Assembly: GCA_964413835.1 (NCBI GenBank) | Contig: CAYPTT010000001.1 | Span: 1 to 51,218 of the forward strand | Length of the DNA stretch: 51,218 nt | Reading direction: 5' to 3' | Source of the DNA: an uncultured Candidatus Saccharibacteria bacterium | Lineage (GTDB): Bacteria; Patescibacteriota; Saccharimonadia; Saccharimonadales; Saccharimonadaceae | Shown here: positions 19,354 through 29,968 of the stretch, piece after piece | Layout of the letters: each line of letters starts with the position of its first letter | How positions within the stretch are numbered: the stretch's first letter is position 1 | Position numbers and translations under genes: made by a program | Notes under the pieces: generated by a model | The model's database searches: none | The model's input: the letters and a program-made list of their open reading frames with translations, nothing else | Told to the model about the DNA's origin: nothing

Positions 19354-20709
19354 GTGGCTGACGTTTGGAAGTCGGTGTTGGCAGAAGTTGAAAAATCGAT
19401 TCCGAGCGAGCAGTTCTCTACTTGGTTCACCGGCTCAGCCTTGGTGTCAGTTGAGGACAATATAGCAACAATCGGAGCTCCAAATGTCTTTAAATTAAAT
19501 CAACTCAGAGCAAAGTATCCCGAGGTACTAAAAACAGCTTTTAAGAAGTGTGGGGTAGAGCTGCAGGATATTACATATGTTGTGCAAAGTAGCGCTAAAC
19601 CAAAGGCGGATACACGCGAGATGAATATGCAGACAGTAGCGACGGTGGCACGCACAAATCTACAAGAGAAGCGGATTGAGAAACCATTCCAGACGGGGTT
19701 GAATGCGAAGTACAGTTTGGCAAATTTTGTAATTGGCTCGAATAATGATCTAGCGGTCAGTGTAGCACAGAATATCATCAGGCAGCCAGGCGTGGGATAT
19801 AATCCTTTTTTTCTGTACGGCGGGCCGGGATTAGGTAAAACACACTTAGTGCAGGCAATTGGTAATGAAATTCTACTAAGAGACCCAAGTTTAAAAGTGT
19901 ATTATACGCCAATTTCGAGTTTTTACGCAGATTTTGTAAATTCAATTAAGGCGCGGCGAGGTGAGGAGTTCCATCAAAAGTTTTTGAAGCTAGATGTTTT
20001 GATTATTGATGATTTTCAGATGATTGTCGGTAAAGAAAAATCACAGGTAGAGTTTTTTGACATTTTTAATGAATTATATCAATTAAATAAGCAGATCATC
20101 GTAACGTCTGATCGGATGCCGGAGCAAATTAGCTCGATTGATGCAAGATTAGCTTCGAGGTTGAGGTGGGGTGGGGCATACGATCTACAATTGCCACAAT
20201 TTGAAGACAAATGCGCAATTCTAAAATCAAAAGCCGAGTTTGCGGGAATTGAGATTGAGGATGCGGCGATTGAATACTTAGCAGAAAATGTAAAAACTAA
20301 TATTCGAGATTTAGAGGGCGAATTTAATCATCTGCTAGCGGTGGCTGATCTAAAAGGTATGACGCCACTCGAAGTAATTAACGAAGGATATATTAGTACC
20401 AAAAAGACCGGCCAGAGCAAGGTGGCTTCCCCGCGGCAAGTGATTGAGCGGGTGGCGAAATTTTACCAGATGACACCCAAGGAAATGTGTAGTAAGAGTC
20501 GAGTTTCGCACATCAAGAACGCTCGACAAGTGGCAATGTATATTTTGTCAAAAGAACTCAGAATGAGTACGCCAAAGATTGCATTAGAGGTGGGTGTGAA
20601 GGACCATACTACAGTAATGCATGGAATTAAGAAGATTGATAATGATTTGAAACTAAATTATGATTTGCGAGAGCAAATTGCAGAACTGAGGGAGCAAATA
20701 TATGGCTAG
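19354..20709 (+). CDS. dnaA: Chromosomal replication initiator DnaA
   Basis: NPFFLYGGPGLGKTHL, LIIDDFQ, TSDR, NIRDLEG, ARQVAMY, KDHTTVMHG. Confidence 0.98.
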   Translation: MADVWKSVLAEVEKSIPSEQFSTWFTGSALVSVEDNIATIGAPNVFKLNQLRAKYPEVLKTAFKKCGVELQDITYVVQSSAKPKADTREMNMQTVATVARTNLQEKRIEKPFQTGLNAKYSLANFVIGSNNDLAVSVAQNIIRQPGVGYNPFFLYGGPGLGKTHLVQAIGNEILLRDPSLKVYYTPISSFYADFVNSIKARRGEEFHQKFLKLDVLIIDDFQMIVGKEKSQVEFFDIFNELYQLNKQIIVTSDRMPEQISSIDARLASRLRWGGAYDLQLPQFEDKCAILKSKAEFAGIEIEDAAIEYLAENVKTNIRDLEGEFNHLLAVADLKGMTPLEVINEGYISTKKTGQSKVASPRQVIERVAKFYQMTPKEMCSKSRVSHIKNARQVAMYILSKELRMSTPKIALEVGVKDHTTVMHGIKKIDNDLKLNYDLREQIAELREQIYG

Positions 20710-21090
20710 TAACAGAGCTAAAATTATTTGTTCGGTTTTTAGCAATGTTCGGGTTTTAAGTTGTTCGGGTTTTAATGGATTGACTAATTTACCATTTGTG
20801 TTGAAAAATATGTGCGCTGATAATGTTTGGCGTTCGGTTTGTTCGGTAGATTTTGTGGAAAAATTGTGGGAAAGTCTGTGGGCAAGTTTGTGGGAAAGGT
20901 GTGAAAAAAGTTGCGAAAAAGTGCATAATGGGGCGTTTGAGAGTGTTTTTACACATATTTTTGCACGCCTTGTGGTTGGTTGGGGAAAAGTTTTCCAGGA
21001 GATTTACACATGGTAATAACAGAGAGAAATGGGAGGTTTTGCACATTTTCCACATAGCCTACTACTACAACTACTAAATATATAATAGAA
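20710..21090. promoter_or_regulatory. oriC downstream part with DnaA-box array and DnaA-trio unwinding element
   Basis: Six TGTGGAAAA-like boxes at 20854-20920 spaced 11-12 bp. Tandem TTTTGCACA-TTTTCCACA (21037-21054), then TAGCC and TACTACTACAACTACTA, matching the B. subtilis box6/7 + trio layout. Confidence 0.85.
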
Positions 21091-21102
21091 AGGATGAATA
21101 GG

Positions 21103-22209
21103 ATGGAAGTTAAATTAGGGCAAGATAAGTTAGCTAAAGCACTAAGTAATGTAAGTAGGGTAGCCGCTGGAGCTAGAGCAACTTTACCAATACTTAATAA
21201 TGTTTTAATTAGGGTTGATAATGGAAAAATGAGTTTAACAACTACAAATCTAGATATGGCAGTAGTGAGTTATTTACCGGTTGAAGAAGGTAGTGATGGA
21301 GTAGTAACGGTGCCAGCACGGTTAATTGCGGAATTTGTAAGTAATTTACCAAGAAGTGAAAAAGTAGAGATTGTAGCGGAGGGGGCAAAAGCAACGATTA
21401 AGGCGGGCGGATATAAATCTGTTATTAATGGAGCTTTGGCGGATGATTTTCCGGAGTTGCCGGGGATTGACGAAAATAAGGCGGTAAAATTTGTCATGAA
21501 AGCGGAGGATTTTAAGGCAGGAATGTCTCAAGTGATGGTGGCCGCAAGTAATGATATGACCCGGCCGGCGTTAACAGGAGTGTATTTTAATACTTTTGAG
21601 GATGGGCTTTATGTGGCGGCGACGGATGGATATCGTTTGGCGGAGAAAAAGTTGGTGGAAAAGGTGAAAAATGAGGTAACGGCGATTGTGCCAGCTAGTT
21701 CCCTGCAGGAAGTTTTGCGGAGTTTGAGTGATGATGTGGGGGAGGTAGAGATTTTGTTTGATGAGTTGCAGGTGCGGTTTAGGCTAGGAGATTTGGAAGT
21801 TACTTCGAAATTGATTGATGGTTCGTTCCCTGATTATCGGCAATTAATTCCAAAGGAAACAGATATTCGGTTAGATTTGAAGCGAGATGAGCTGGTTCGA
21901 ATTACAAAATTAGCAGCCTTATTTGCAAAAGAAGTGGGTGGATCGATTACCTGTGAAACTAATGTAGACTCGGGGATGTTTCAGGTGGCATCGGTAGCGA
22001 ATGAATATGGAGAAAACTCTTCGCAGATTAAGACTGAGGTAGAAGTGGATGGTCTGGTGACATTAAATTCGAGGTTTTTACTGGACGCGCTGAATGCTTT
22101 GGGTGGCAAGAAAGTGATTTTTGGTTTTTCGGCGAGATTGGATCCAGTAGTACTGCGAAATGAAGAAGATGGTAGTTACGTACATATCATTATGCCACTG
22201 AAGGGTTAA
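21103..22209 (+). CDS. dnaN: DNA polymerase III beta sliding clamp
   Basis: LPILNNVLI, RPALTGV, ATDGYRLA, LIDGSFPDY, IIMPL. Start at 21094 or 21103. Confidence 0.97.
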   Translation: MEVKLGQDKLAKALSNVSRVAAGARATLPILNNVLIRVDNGKMSLTTTNLDMAVVSYLPVEEGSDGVVTVPARLIAEFVSNLPRSEKVEIVAEGAKATIKAGGYKSVINGALADDFPELPGIDENKAVKFVMKAEDFKAGMSQVMVAASNDMTRPALTGVYFNTFEDGLYVAATDGYRLAEKKLVEKVKNEVTAIVPASSLQEVLRSLSDDVGEVEILFDELQVRFRLGDLEVTSKLIDGSFPDYRQLIPKETDIRLDLKRDELVRITKLAALFAKEVGGSITCETNVDSGMFQVASVANEYGENSSQIKTEVEVDGLVTLNSRFLLDALNALGGKKVIFGFSARLDPVVLRNEEDGSYVHIIMPLKG

Positions 22210-22301
22210 TATTTTGGCTACTACTTCGTTAAAAGCTGCGCTACTCGGTCGACGTATGTTTAGTGTGTCTTTGAAGCTTTGGCTTTTGAGGAGGGGTGAT
22301 T

Positions 22302-23324
22302 ATGGTGATTAAGAGGGTGAAATTGCTGAATTTTCGGAGTCATGAAGGGTTTGTGTTGGAATGTGAACCACAAACAACAAAAATTATCGGTGAAAATGGT
22401 TGTGGAAAAACTTCAGTTTTAGAGGCGATCTATGAAGCTTTGCAAGGGAAAAGTTTTCGGGCGGTGGATCGTGAGATTATGCGGCGGGGGGCGGATTTTT
22501 ATCGAGTGGAACTGGAGTATGATGACGGGCGTAAAACCGTAGTGATATATGATGGAGTAAAAAAAGAGTTTCAAGTGGAGGACAAGAAGGCGAGGAGGTT
22601 GCCAAAGAAAAATAAATATCCAATTGTATTGTTTGAGCCGGACGATTTGAACTTGGTAGGAGCTAGTCCAACGAGCCGGCGAAATTATTTTGATCGGATG
22701 TTAGGGCAATTATCGGAGAGCTATAATGAGGCGTTGAATCGATATAATAAGGCTCTAAAACAGCGAAATGAACTGCTAAAAAATGAGCGATCGGGACGAG
22801 CAGATTTGTTTTCTTGGAATATGTTGTTGACGCGGTATGGGGTGGAGCTAATGGAGGCACGTAGAGAAGGGATAGAAAAGATTAATCAAGCGGTGACGGA
22901 AACGTATCGTTCGATTGCGGAAAATAGCGATGAGATTGAGTTGGATTATATTACGGGGGTTGAGGGTGAGGATGATTTTTTGCGGATATTAGAGGAAAAT
23001 TTTGAACGAGACCGGATTTTGGGGCATACAAGTTATGGAGTGCACCGAGATAATTATGAATTTAGCTTTAATGGGGCGAAGGCGGATGGTTCGGCAAGTA
23101 GAGGTGAGGTGCGTTCGTTGGTAATTGCACTGAAATTTATCGAAGCAGGAATGGTGGCGGAAAAATTAGGAAAAAGGCCAGTAGTGTTATTAGATGATGT
23201 GTTTTCCGAGTTGGATGAGGTGCGACAAAAATGTTTGGTGAGAAATTTTCGGGATTCACAAATGATTATTACTTCGGTAGGAAGTCTGGATGAACTTGGT
23301 GAGTGCGTGAGGCTGAAAAAGTAA
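22302..23324 (+). CDS. recF: DNA replication and repair protein RecF
   Basis: NFRS, GENGCGKTSVLEAI, ALKQRNELLK, GVHRD, SRGE, LLDDVFSELD. Confidence 0.95.
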   Translation: MVIKRVKLLNFRSHEGFVLECEPQTTKIIGENGCGKTSVLEAIYEALQGKSFRAVDREIMRRGADFYRVELEYDDGRKTVVIYDGVKKEFQVEDKKARRLPKKNKYPIVLFEPDDLNLVGASPTSRRNYFDRMLGQLSESYNEALNRYNKALKQRNELLKNERSGRADLFSWNMLLTRYGVELMEARREGIEKINQAVTETYRSIAENSDEIELDYITGVEGEDDFLRILEENFERDRILGHTSYGVHRDNYEFSFNGAKADGSASRGEVRSLVIALKFIEAGMVAEKLGKRPVVLLDDVFSELDEVRQKCLVRNFRDSQMIITSVGSLDELGECVRLKK

Positions 23325-23361
23325 AAATAGGTGGAAAAGTGGAAAAAGGGGTGGAAAAGTT

Positions 23362-26124
23362 TTAGCAGATAGCAAAGTTGCGATTGCGGATGTCGGCAAA
23401 GATGTTTGAATGACGAGTAATGATGGCGGAGGTTTGTGTTTCGAGCTCTGTTGGAACCTCTGAGCTGTATATTATATGATTATTGTTATTTTCGACACGA
23501 GAGATCATGGTACCAGTGGGGATAATCATCTGGGTTGATTCCCCGTCCATGGCGATAGTGGTGGAAGCGTCGTAATCGTTGAGGTAGCTGCAATATTGAA
23601 TAAATGCAATAACAGATTGTGAATCATCAATTGATAGACCTGAGATACGAGAAATCATTTTATCGAGTGGCTCTTCGGAGAGTGGAGTGGTATTGCCGTA
23701 TTTTTCGGCATAAGCGAGAGCTACGCTTTTAGTGTTACTGAGGTGAGCGGTAATACGATCGTCGGCGAGGAAGAGTTGGTAATATTTGAATTCGTTATCC
23801 CAGCGGGGATTGGAGGCGGTATTCATGCAGTATTTACCAGATGCCCAGAGATATGCTGGGTCATTTATACCGTTAGGGTCGACCACAAAAGTATCTTCGG
23901 CTCTAATGGACGCGTCTTTAATATCGCTTGTACTGAAGAGAGCATCGAGAATGTTGACATCGAGGATGCCATAAGGTGAAATGCGATCAGCACAGAAATC
24001 TTTGAATTTGCCAAGTTCGCTACCTTTGATAATATTCCCATTGCCGTCGAGTTGGCTAGATATTAAATTGACATAGGTGCTATCGTTGATAGCGGTGCTA
24101 CTAATTGTATTGTTGTCGAAAGTACCGGTTTGTCCACAGAAAACGTCGCCTTCGGCGTCAATGCCATTAATGATACTACAGGAGTCACCAAAGGTATCCC
24201 AGTAGCTGGAAATGTAGCCGTAGTATTTGCCCGTTGCACTGGCGTTGTTTCCGGAATAACTGGCAATTTGTGAAGCAGATTTAGATGTAACGTTGGCGAT
24301 AGTATTAACATTATTGGTGATATTACTACCAGGTAGAAAGACTGGCATAATTGAATAAATGATACTACCGAGAAAGGTGTTTCTCGAGCTTGCGTCAAGT
24401 GGATTACGGTTAAGTCGATCTATTTTGGCATCTTGCATGGTAATTTTGCCAACGGTCTCGCTATAGGCTTTGTTGGCTTCGGCGTCGCCTGGGGATTGTC
24501 CGCTACCGTTGATGCCGATGTTGGTGCCTCCAGAACGGAACCCACGGGCGGTATGTGCGCCGAACGCTAGGCTGCCGGTAATATCCCAACGATTGGAGAA
24601 CATAATTTCAGCGACTAGCGGTACTAGAACAGTGAAATCGCTACCAAAGAGGTAGCTACCAAAAGAATCAGTGTAGCAGGCCAGGCTAATGAAGAATGAG
24701 GTGAAGACCTTAATGATACCACCGACGACTGGCATTTGAATGGTGTTTTGTGCAGCATACTCTGCGTAACACTCTGTGCCGGAGAAATCGGGAATCCCCA
24801 TGGCCTTGTAGATAGCTGTGACGCCGCGTTCATAGGAGTAATCATAGCCATCGTGTCTATCTAGTGGGGCGTCAGAGAGCATACTCAGTAGAGTTTTTTC
24901 TTCTAATGGCGCACCGGAAACAGTTTTGGTAGAGATTTCTGTTTCCATGTTGTTAGCAGATTTCATGTCTAATATCTCTGCGGTATCTGGAGTGAACATT
25001 GTATTAAGAAGGTTATGGATGGCAGATTCGGAGCCGTATCCGGCCATGGTTTTACTCATGTTTTCGGCGATGGTAGTAGAATACTTAACTGATTGGAGTT
25101 TTTCTAGACCATAAAGTGTGGTGGCAACCATATTAGCCATACGGAATTTAAGACAAGTTTTAGAGGGGACTGTATTGCTGCGTCCGGCTGGATACCAATC
25201 ATTACCGGTAACCATTTCGCTGGAAGCTTTTTGGGCGATGGTTTGTAGGTAGCTACGAGCTTTTTGCTTAGATTCTTCGCTAATAGTGTGATTTTTACTA
25301 GTGGCGCCGCCATTTGCGGCATTACGATAAGGACCTCTTTCTTCTACGCGTGTAGTAGTTTCTGTTTTAGTCGAACCATCTTCTTGTACGACTTCTTTAG
25401 TTTCCTTGATTATTTCTAGTGTTTTGTAGGTTAAAGCATCGTTATTATTGGTGGTCTCAAAAAGTTTTTCCATGGTGTCGTTATAGTTCTTTTCGTCGGT
25501 TTCAAGATTATCAGTAATACGGAAATTTTTGAATTTATTACGTAAATCACCACCTTCACTGCGAATAGCGTAATATGTATTAGCAAGGTCGTCATAGTAT
25601 CCCATAGCGCGGATATTGCCTACGTTGTTGAGTCGTTGGCGATAATCATCACGGTTTTCGATTTGTTCTTCAGTGATATTATCTGGGTCAATATCATTAG
25701 CTTCTAGATTGGAGTTGTATGAGCTAGAATTAGCGACGCGATCGTAGATGGGGAGAGAATTCCCTTGACCGGCGCTAACACCAGAAGCGATTTTGTGATA
25801 TCGGGCGAGGTTTCCTGGATACTGTGTATCGGAAACATCAGTAAGATTGCTCATCATCATGCCGATGATATTAAGAGGTGACGAGGCGACGAGGGCGCCG
25901 GCACCAAAAAGCAGTAGAAGCATAATGAGAGCGGCGGCGACGAAGCCTTTAGATTTGCGGCCTTTGAAGGGGTTTTTGCTCTTGCGGGGGGGTTCGGTGT
26001 CGTTATGATAGAGTCCACCTTCGGAGCCGTTGGAACTGTTGTCTGGTTGGATGGCAGAGGAATTGTTTTTGCGGGCTTGGATAGCGGCGCCTTCGGCGGC
26101 GCGAAGCATGGTCTGGGGGTTCAT
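23362..26124 (-). CDS. Large membrane-anchored Cys-containing hypothetical protein of the T4SS-like operon
   Basis: 920-aa ORF, TM helix near the N-terminus, start overlaps the VirB4 stop. Confidence 0.75.
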   Translation of the reverse strand: MNPQTMLRAAEGAAIQARKNNSSAIQPDNSSNGSEGGLYHNDTEPPRKSKNPFKGRKSKGFVAAALIMLLLLFGAGALVASSPLNIIGMMMSNLTDVSDTQYPGNLARYHKIASGVSAGQGNSLPIYDRVANSSSYNSNLEANDIDPDNITEEQIENRDDYRQRLNNVGNIRAMGYYDDLANTYYAIRSEGGDLRNKFKNFRITDNLETDEKNYNDTMEKLFETTNNNDALTYKTLEIIKETKEVVQEDGSTKTETTTRVEERGPYRNAANGGATSKNHTISEESKQKARSYLQTIAQKASSEMVTGNDWYPAGRSNTVPSKTCLKFRMANMVATTLYGLEKLQSVKYSTTIAENMSKTMAGYGSESAIHNLLNTMFTPDTAEILDMKSANNMETEISTKTVSGAPLEEKTLLSMLSDAPLDRHDGYDYSYERGVTAIYKAMGIPDFSGTECYAEYAAQNTIQMPVVGGIIKVFTSFFISLACYTDSFGSYLFGSDFTVLVPLVAEIMFSNRWDITGSLAFGAHTARGFRSGGTNIGINGSGQSPGDAEANKAYSETVGKITMQDAKIDRLNRNPLDASSRNTFLGSIIYSIMPVFLPGSNITNNVNTIANVTSKSASQIASYSGNNASATGKYYGYISSYWDTFGDSCSIINGIDAEGDVFCGQTGTFDNNTISSTAINDSTYVNLISSQLDGNGNIIKGSELGKFKDFCADRISPYGILDVNILDALFSTSDIKDASIRAEDTFVVDPNGINDPAYLWASGKYCMNTASNPRWDNEFKYYQLFLADDRITAHLSNTKSVALAYAEKYGNTTPLSEEPLDKMISRISGLSIDDSQSVIAFIQYCSYLNDYDASTTIAMDGESTQMIIPTGTMISRVENNNNHIIYSSEVPTELETQTSAIITRHSNIFADIRNRNFAIC

Positions 26125-27959
26125 TAGATATTGTCTCCTGGTCTAGTAGTAATGAGGGCTTCTTCGGTCTCAGAGGCGATGATACGAATATGAACGTGGC
26201 TGGGACCAGCAAAGAAAAGTCCTTGGCCGACTGGGAAGTTGGCGAGACGTTTGCGCTCTTCATTAGTAAGTTTGAAAACATCAGATAGAACATCGACGGC
26301 GGAGCTGGATTGTTTGAGAAGTAGCTGCATAGAGGAGTTGGTAACGATAGCGCGACCCATTTTGCTACTCATAAAGTCTTCTACGTCTTGAGTGATAGTA
26401 GTGAGGCCGAGGTAGTATTTACGAGCACGCTTAGCGAGACTGAAGAGGAAGTTGGCGGAGTCGTCATATTGCATGAGTTGCCAAGCCTCATCAACGATAA
26501 GAAGGCGTTTTTTCTGTTCGGCGCGAATGACGTTCCAAATATGGCTCAGAACGATATACATAGCGACAGGACGGAGTTCGTCTTCGAGGTCACGAACGTT
26601 AAAAACGACCATTTGGTTGTTAATATCAATATTGGATTGTTGGGAAAAGATACCTGCAAAAGTACCAGAAGTGTATTTACGCAGGCGCTGAGCGAGCTGA
26701 GGACCGGTACCACCCATGTGAAGTAAAGTATCATAAAGATTAATAACGGTAGGTGGAGTGCTTTGGTGGGTGAGCGGATCGCTAGTAATGCCGGCGCGAG
26801 CATAAGTGTCGATTAAAGCTTGGTCGAGATCAGCTTCTTCATTAGCGGTGAGGGCGGGGACGACTTGACCGTTAGGACCAACTTGGTTCCCTCCTAGCAT
26901 GAGCCGGAAGAGGCCATGTAGAGTGACGAGATTGGCGCGTAGGGCGTCATTAGCGTCTTCTTTGTCAATAACTTTTGGCAGGTCGAAAGGGTTAATACGG
27001 ACATCAGAGTTTAAACTAAGACGAATATAGCTGCCGCCCACAGCATCGCAGAGGCGTTGATATTCGTTTTCTGGGTCGATAATCAGAATGTCAGTGCCGA
27101 TCATCATGGCGCGGACGGCTTCGAGTTTGACCGCGAAAGATTTGCCGGCACCAGACTTTGCGAAGACGACTTGGTTAGCATTTTCTAGAGAGAAACGGTC
27201 GAAAATAACGAGGCCACTGTTGTGCATATTGATACCATAAAGGATACCGTTTTCTTGAGTGAGGTCGGCAGAAGTGAAAGGAAAACTGGTAGAAATAGCA
27301 CCAGTGTTCATATTGCGACGGATTTGGAGTTGGTCGGTACATTGAGGGAGGCAACTGTTCATGCCTTGCTCTTGTTGAGAACTGGCAACTTTACTGAAGA
27401 CCATTTGCTGACCGAGCATGGTCTCGATTTTATTTTGGACGAAGCTGAGTTCGTCGAGTGAGTCAGCCCAGAGGGTAATATAGAGGCCAAAACGGAAGAA
27501 TTTTTCGGCGCCGACTTGGAGCTGGTCACGGAGTTCTTCAGCGTCACGAATGGCAGCTTCAAGCTCTGGGTCGCGGACTTTGCCTTTTTCTGTATTAACA
27601 TTATAACTAGCTTCGAGCTGAGTAACTTTTTTGCGCAGGTTTTTCATGACGACGGTAGTTTCGACGGGATAAATATACATGGAGACATCCAAAACTTCAT
27701 CAACGTTGATTAATGGTGAGATCCAACCAGTAAAAAGAGTACGTGGATAAGCATAAACGTAAATCGTGCGACCGTATTTGGTGCCAAGACGGAAATAACT
27801 AGAATGAATTTCAATTGAACTAGGGGAAATTAAGTCGCGCAGAGTGGTAATTCCCTGTTCAAAAGCTTGCTGAATCTCGGCTTCTTCAGCAGCCTGGGAT
27901 TGCGCAGCGATGTCGGAAGCGCTGAGTTTTTGCTTCTTCTGTTTTTTTCTTCTAGGCAT
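26124..27959 (-). CDS. virB4: VirB4/TraC-like type IV secretion ATPase
   Basis: FAKSGAGKS Walker A, IIDPENEY, INPFD, LIVDEAW, RARKY, TTITQDVEDF. ATG at 27959 after AAGGAG. Confidence 0.9.
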   Translation of the reverse strand: MPRRKKQKKQKLSASDIAAQSQAAEEAEIQQAFEQGITTLRDLISPSSIEIHSSYFRLGTKYGRTIYVYAYPRTLFTGWISPLINVDEVLDVSMYIYPVETTVVMKNLRKKVTQLEASYNVNTEKGKVRDPELEAAIRDAEELRDQLQVGAEKFFRFGLYITLWADSLDELSFVQNKIETMLGQQMVFSKVASSQQEQGMNSCLPQCTDQLQIRRNMNTGAISTSFPFTSADLTQENGILYGINMHNSGLVIFDRFSLENANQVVFAKSGAGKSFAVKLEAVRAMMIGTDILIIDPENEYQRLCDAVGGSYIRLSLNSDVRINPFDLPKVIDKEDANDALRANLVTLHGLFRLMLGGNQVGPNGQVVPALTANEEADLDQALIDTYARAGITSDPLTHQSTPPTVINLYDTLLHMGGTGPQLAQRLRKYTSGTFAGIFSQQSNIDINNQMVVFNVRDLEDELRPVAMYIVLSHIWNVIRAEQKKRLLIVDEAWQLMQYDDSANFLFSLAKRARKYYLGLTTITQDVEDFMSSKMGRAIVTNSSMQLLLKQSSSAVDVLSDVFKLTNEERKRLANFPVGQGLFFAGPSHVHIRIIASETEEALITTRPGDNI

Positions 27960-28944
27960 TTCTTTCTCCTTTGCGAACATAAGTGGTGGCTATTTTAGTA
28001 AAGTCGACTAATGGTTCACGGACAGCAGTGTCGGGGTTGTTAAAGTTGTAATAGAGTTGGCTTAGCTCACGGGTATTAAGGCGAGCAGATTGGATACCAA
28101 TTTGGTAGAGGCCAGCAACGACGGCGTCTACGCGGTTATTAAGTTCGTCGATGGCTTTGTCGTAAACTTCGCGGTTAATACGAGTAATTGCAGGACCTTT
28201 ATTACGGGTAAAGGTTTTGAAGAAGTTTTTAGTTTCTTGGACAAGTTTTTCGGCATCGGCAGAACTATAATATGAAATCACGATAAAGAAGGATTTATCC
28301 ATAATATTAGCTTCTTGAGCGAGAATGTCGATGAAGTTGATATAATCATCCATGAGGACGCCGAGGAGCATATTATCATTTGTACGGCGACGTTCGGTGA
28401 GGCGTTCGATGTAAGGGCCGATATCGACGCGCTGGGAGCGAGCGAGAATTTGGATGGTAAAAGTGAGGGAGTTGAGAAAGTTTTGATAACTATATTCAAC
28501 GCCTTCACGTTCAGTTTCGGACATAAGGTCGAAGTTGATGGATTGACAAGCAACGACAGCACGGAAAGAACCATCTTTCATAATGACGAGGCCGTCGCGA
28601 AGTTCGGAAATAAGGAGAGTGGATTGGGTAGAGATGGGATTATCTGGAACGGCATTAGTAGGAGCAGGGATATTTTGGGTAGCAGAACCAATGGATTGTG
28701 GAGCGTTGGCTTGGGGGATGCCGACTGGTTGAGGATTGGGCTGAGTCATAGGTTGAGGTGGTTGGTTGAAAGCTTGGGTGGATGGAACTTGAATTGGCAT
28801 TTGTTGTTGCATGCTGGCTTGTTGAGCGCGGGCAGCAGCTACCTCATTGAGTGGTCGAGCAGTAGGTTGACCTTGCGGAATATTGCTAGGATTTGGCGCA
28901 AGGTTGGGTGATGGGTTTGGCATGGGTGGTTGATTTGGGTTCAT
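27952..28944 (-). CDS. T4SS-associated protein (VirB4 N-terminal/TraC-like) with Pro/Gln-rich N-terminus
   Basis: STQSTLLISELRDGLVIMKDG, INFDLMS, FLNSL; lies between prgI and virB4. Confidence 0.7.
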   Translation of the reverse strand: MNPNQPPMPNPSPNLAPNPSNIPQGQPTARPLNEVAAARAQQASMQQQMPIQVPSTQAFNQPPQPMTQPNPQPVGIPQANAPQSIGSATQNIPAPTNAVPDNPISTQSTLLISELRDGLVIMKDGSFRAVVACQSINFDLMSETEREGVEYSYQNFLNSLTFTIQILARSQRVDIGPYIERLTERRRTNDNMLLGVLMDDYINFIDILAQEANIMDKSFFIVISYYSSADAEKLVQETKNFFKTFTRNKGPAITRINREVYDKAIDELNNRVDAVVAGLYQIGIQSARLNTRELSQLYYNFNNPDTAVREPLVDFTKIATTYVRKGERNA

Positions 28945-28959
28945 AAAATTACTAACTCC

Positions 28960-29865
28960 TTAATGCAATGATATATAAACTTCTTTTTCGTTTTCTTGGC
29001 GGATACGATCGGCTTGTTGCTGGATGGTTTGGACGCTGTAATCTGGATTGTAGGCGAGATTACCCATTTGTTTGACGGCGGTAGGGTTAGAGAGTGGTTG
29101 AATAACAGCGGCGGAAGTATCCATGATATGAGGCGGGGTTTCAATAGTGGGGTTGGCGGTGAGACCGGCGTTGTAGGCTTCGGGATTGATGTTTTGGGCG
29201 ACGAAATTAGCGCTGGGTTGGATAACATGACGATCAAACGGTGTAGATGTTTGTGGTTGCGCGGCGGCTTGAGTGGCTTCGGAATTCTGGATGGCAGCAC
29301 GCATTTGATTGACAGCGGCTTCGTGGCGTGCTTGCTGTTCTTTGGAAATTAGGTTAGTGAGGCGGTTGGTATTAACTTGGTCAAACATATCAGTAATACC
29401 ATTGGCTTCGGCATAGAATTCGTCACGGACGGGGCTACCAGCGCTTTTAATAGCATAGCCTTCGGTATCAATAATGCCGGCGAGGAAAGAAAGGCGATAA
29501 CCAGCTTCTTCCCCAGTGATATTGCGCACGCGGGTAGGCTCGACTTTTTTGGGGGCGACAATAGTGATGGTAGATTCACGCTGGCCAGGAATCCAAAAAC
29601 GGCGGTTTGGTTTTGTATAGAAAGAAATAAGTGCGGCGAGGTAAGTCTCCATGGGCTGGTCTTTTTTGATGGGGAGAGCCATGATGACGAGAAAGAAAGC
29701 GAAAGGAATAGGGATAACGGCAAGGAGCGGGAAAATTTGAAACAAAAACACGGCGAGAGTAACGAGCCCGAGTGCTATCATAACGTAAACAAATTGACGA
29801 AAGGAGAGCGGACCGAGCAGCTTGTCGTCGGCTTCGACGTCTTGCGGAACCTTATAAGTAGCCAT
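28960..29865 (-). CDS. prgI: PrgI family (VirB3-like) protein
   Basis: YKVPQDVEADDKLLGPLSFRQF followed by two TM helices. Confidence 0.85.
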   Translation of the reverse strand: MATYKVPQDVEADDKLLGPLSFRQFVYVMIALGLVTLAVFLFQIFPLLAVIPIPFAFFLVIMALPIKKDQPMETYLAALISFYTKPNRRFWIPGQRESTITIVAPKKVEPTRVRNITGEEAGYRLSFLAGIIDTEGYAIKSAGSPVRDEFYAEANGITDMFDQVNTNRLTNLISKEQQARHEAAVNQMRAAIQNSEATQAAAQPQTSTPFDRHVIQPSANFVAQNINPEAYNAGLTANPTIETPPHIMDTSAAVIQPLSNPTAVKQMGNLAYNPDYSVQTIQQQADRIRQENEKEVYISLH

Positions 29866-29915
29866 AATTTTATTTTAACATAGAATTTGTAGAAAAAGTG
29901 TATATTTCCCCACCA

Positions 29916-29955
29916 AAAACGACACCTCCTAGGGATAGTATAGAGGAAGATGTCG
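29916..29955 (-). terminator. Probable intrinsic terminator after the VirB6-like gene
   Basis: Minus strand cgacatcttcct...aggaggtgtcg followed by TTTTT. Confidence 0.5.
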
Positions 29956-29968
29956 AGATTGGCAAGAG

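Noticed and set aside
20702-21077. ORFs 20702-21016, 20789-21055 and 20853-21077
   Set aside because: They translate the DnaA-box array of oriC; no protein-like features.
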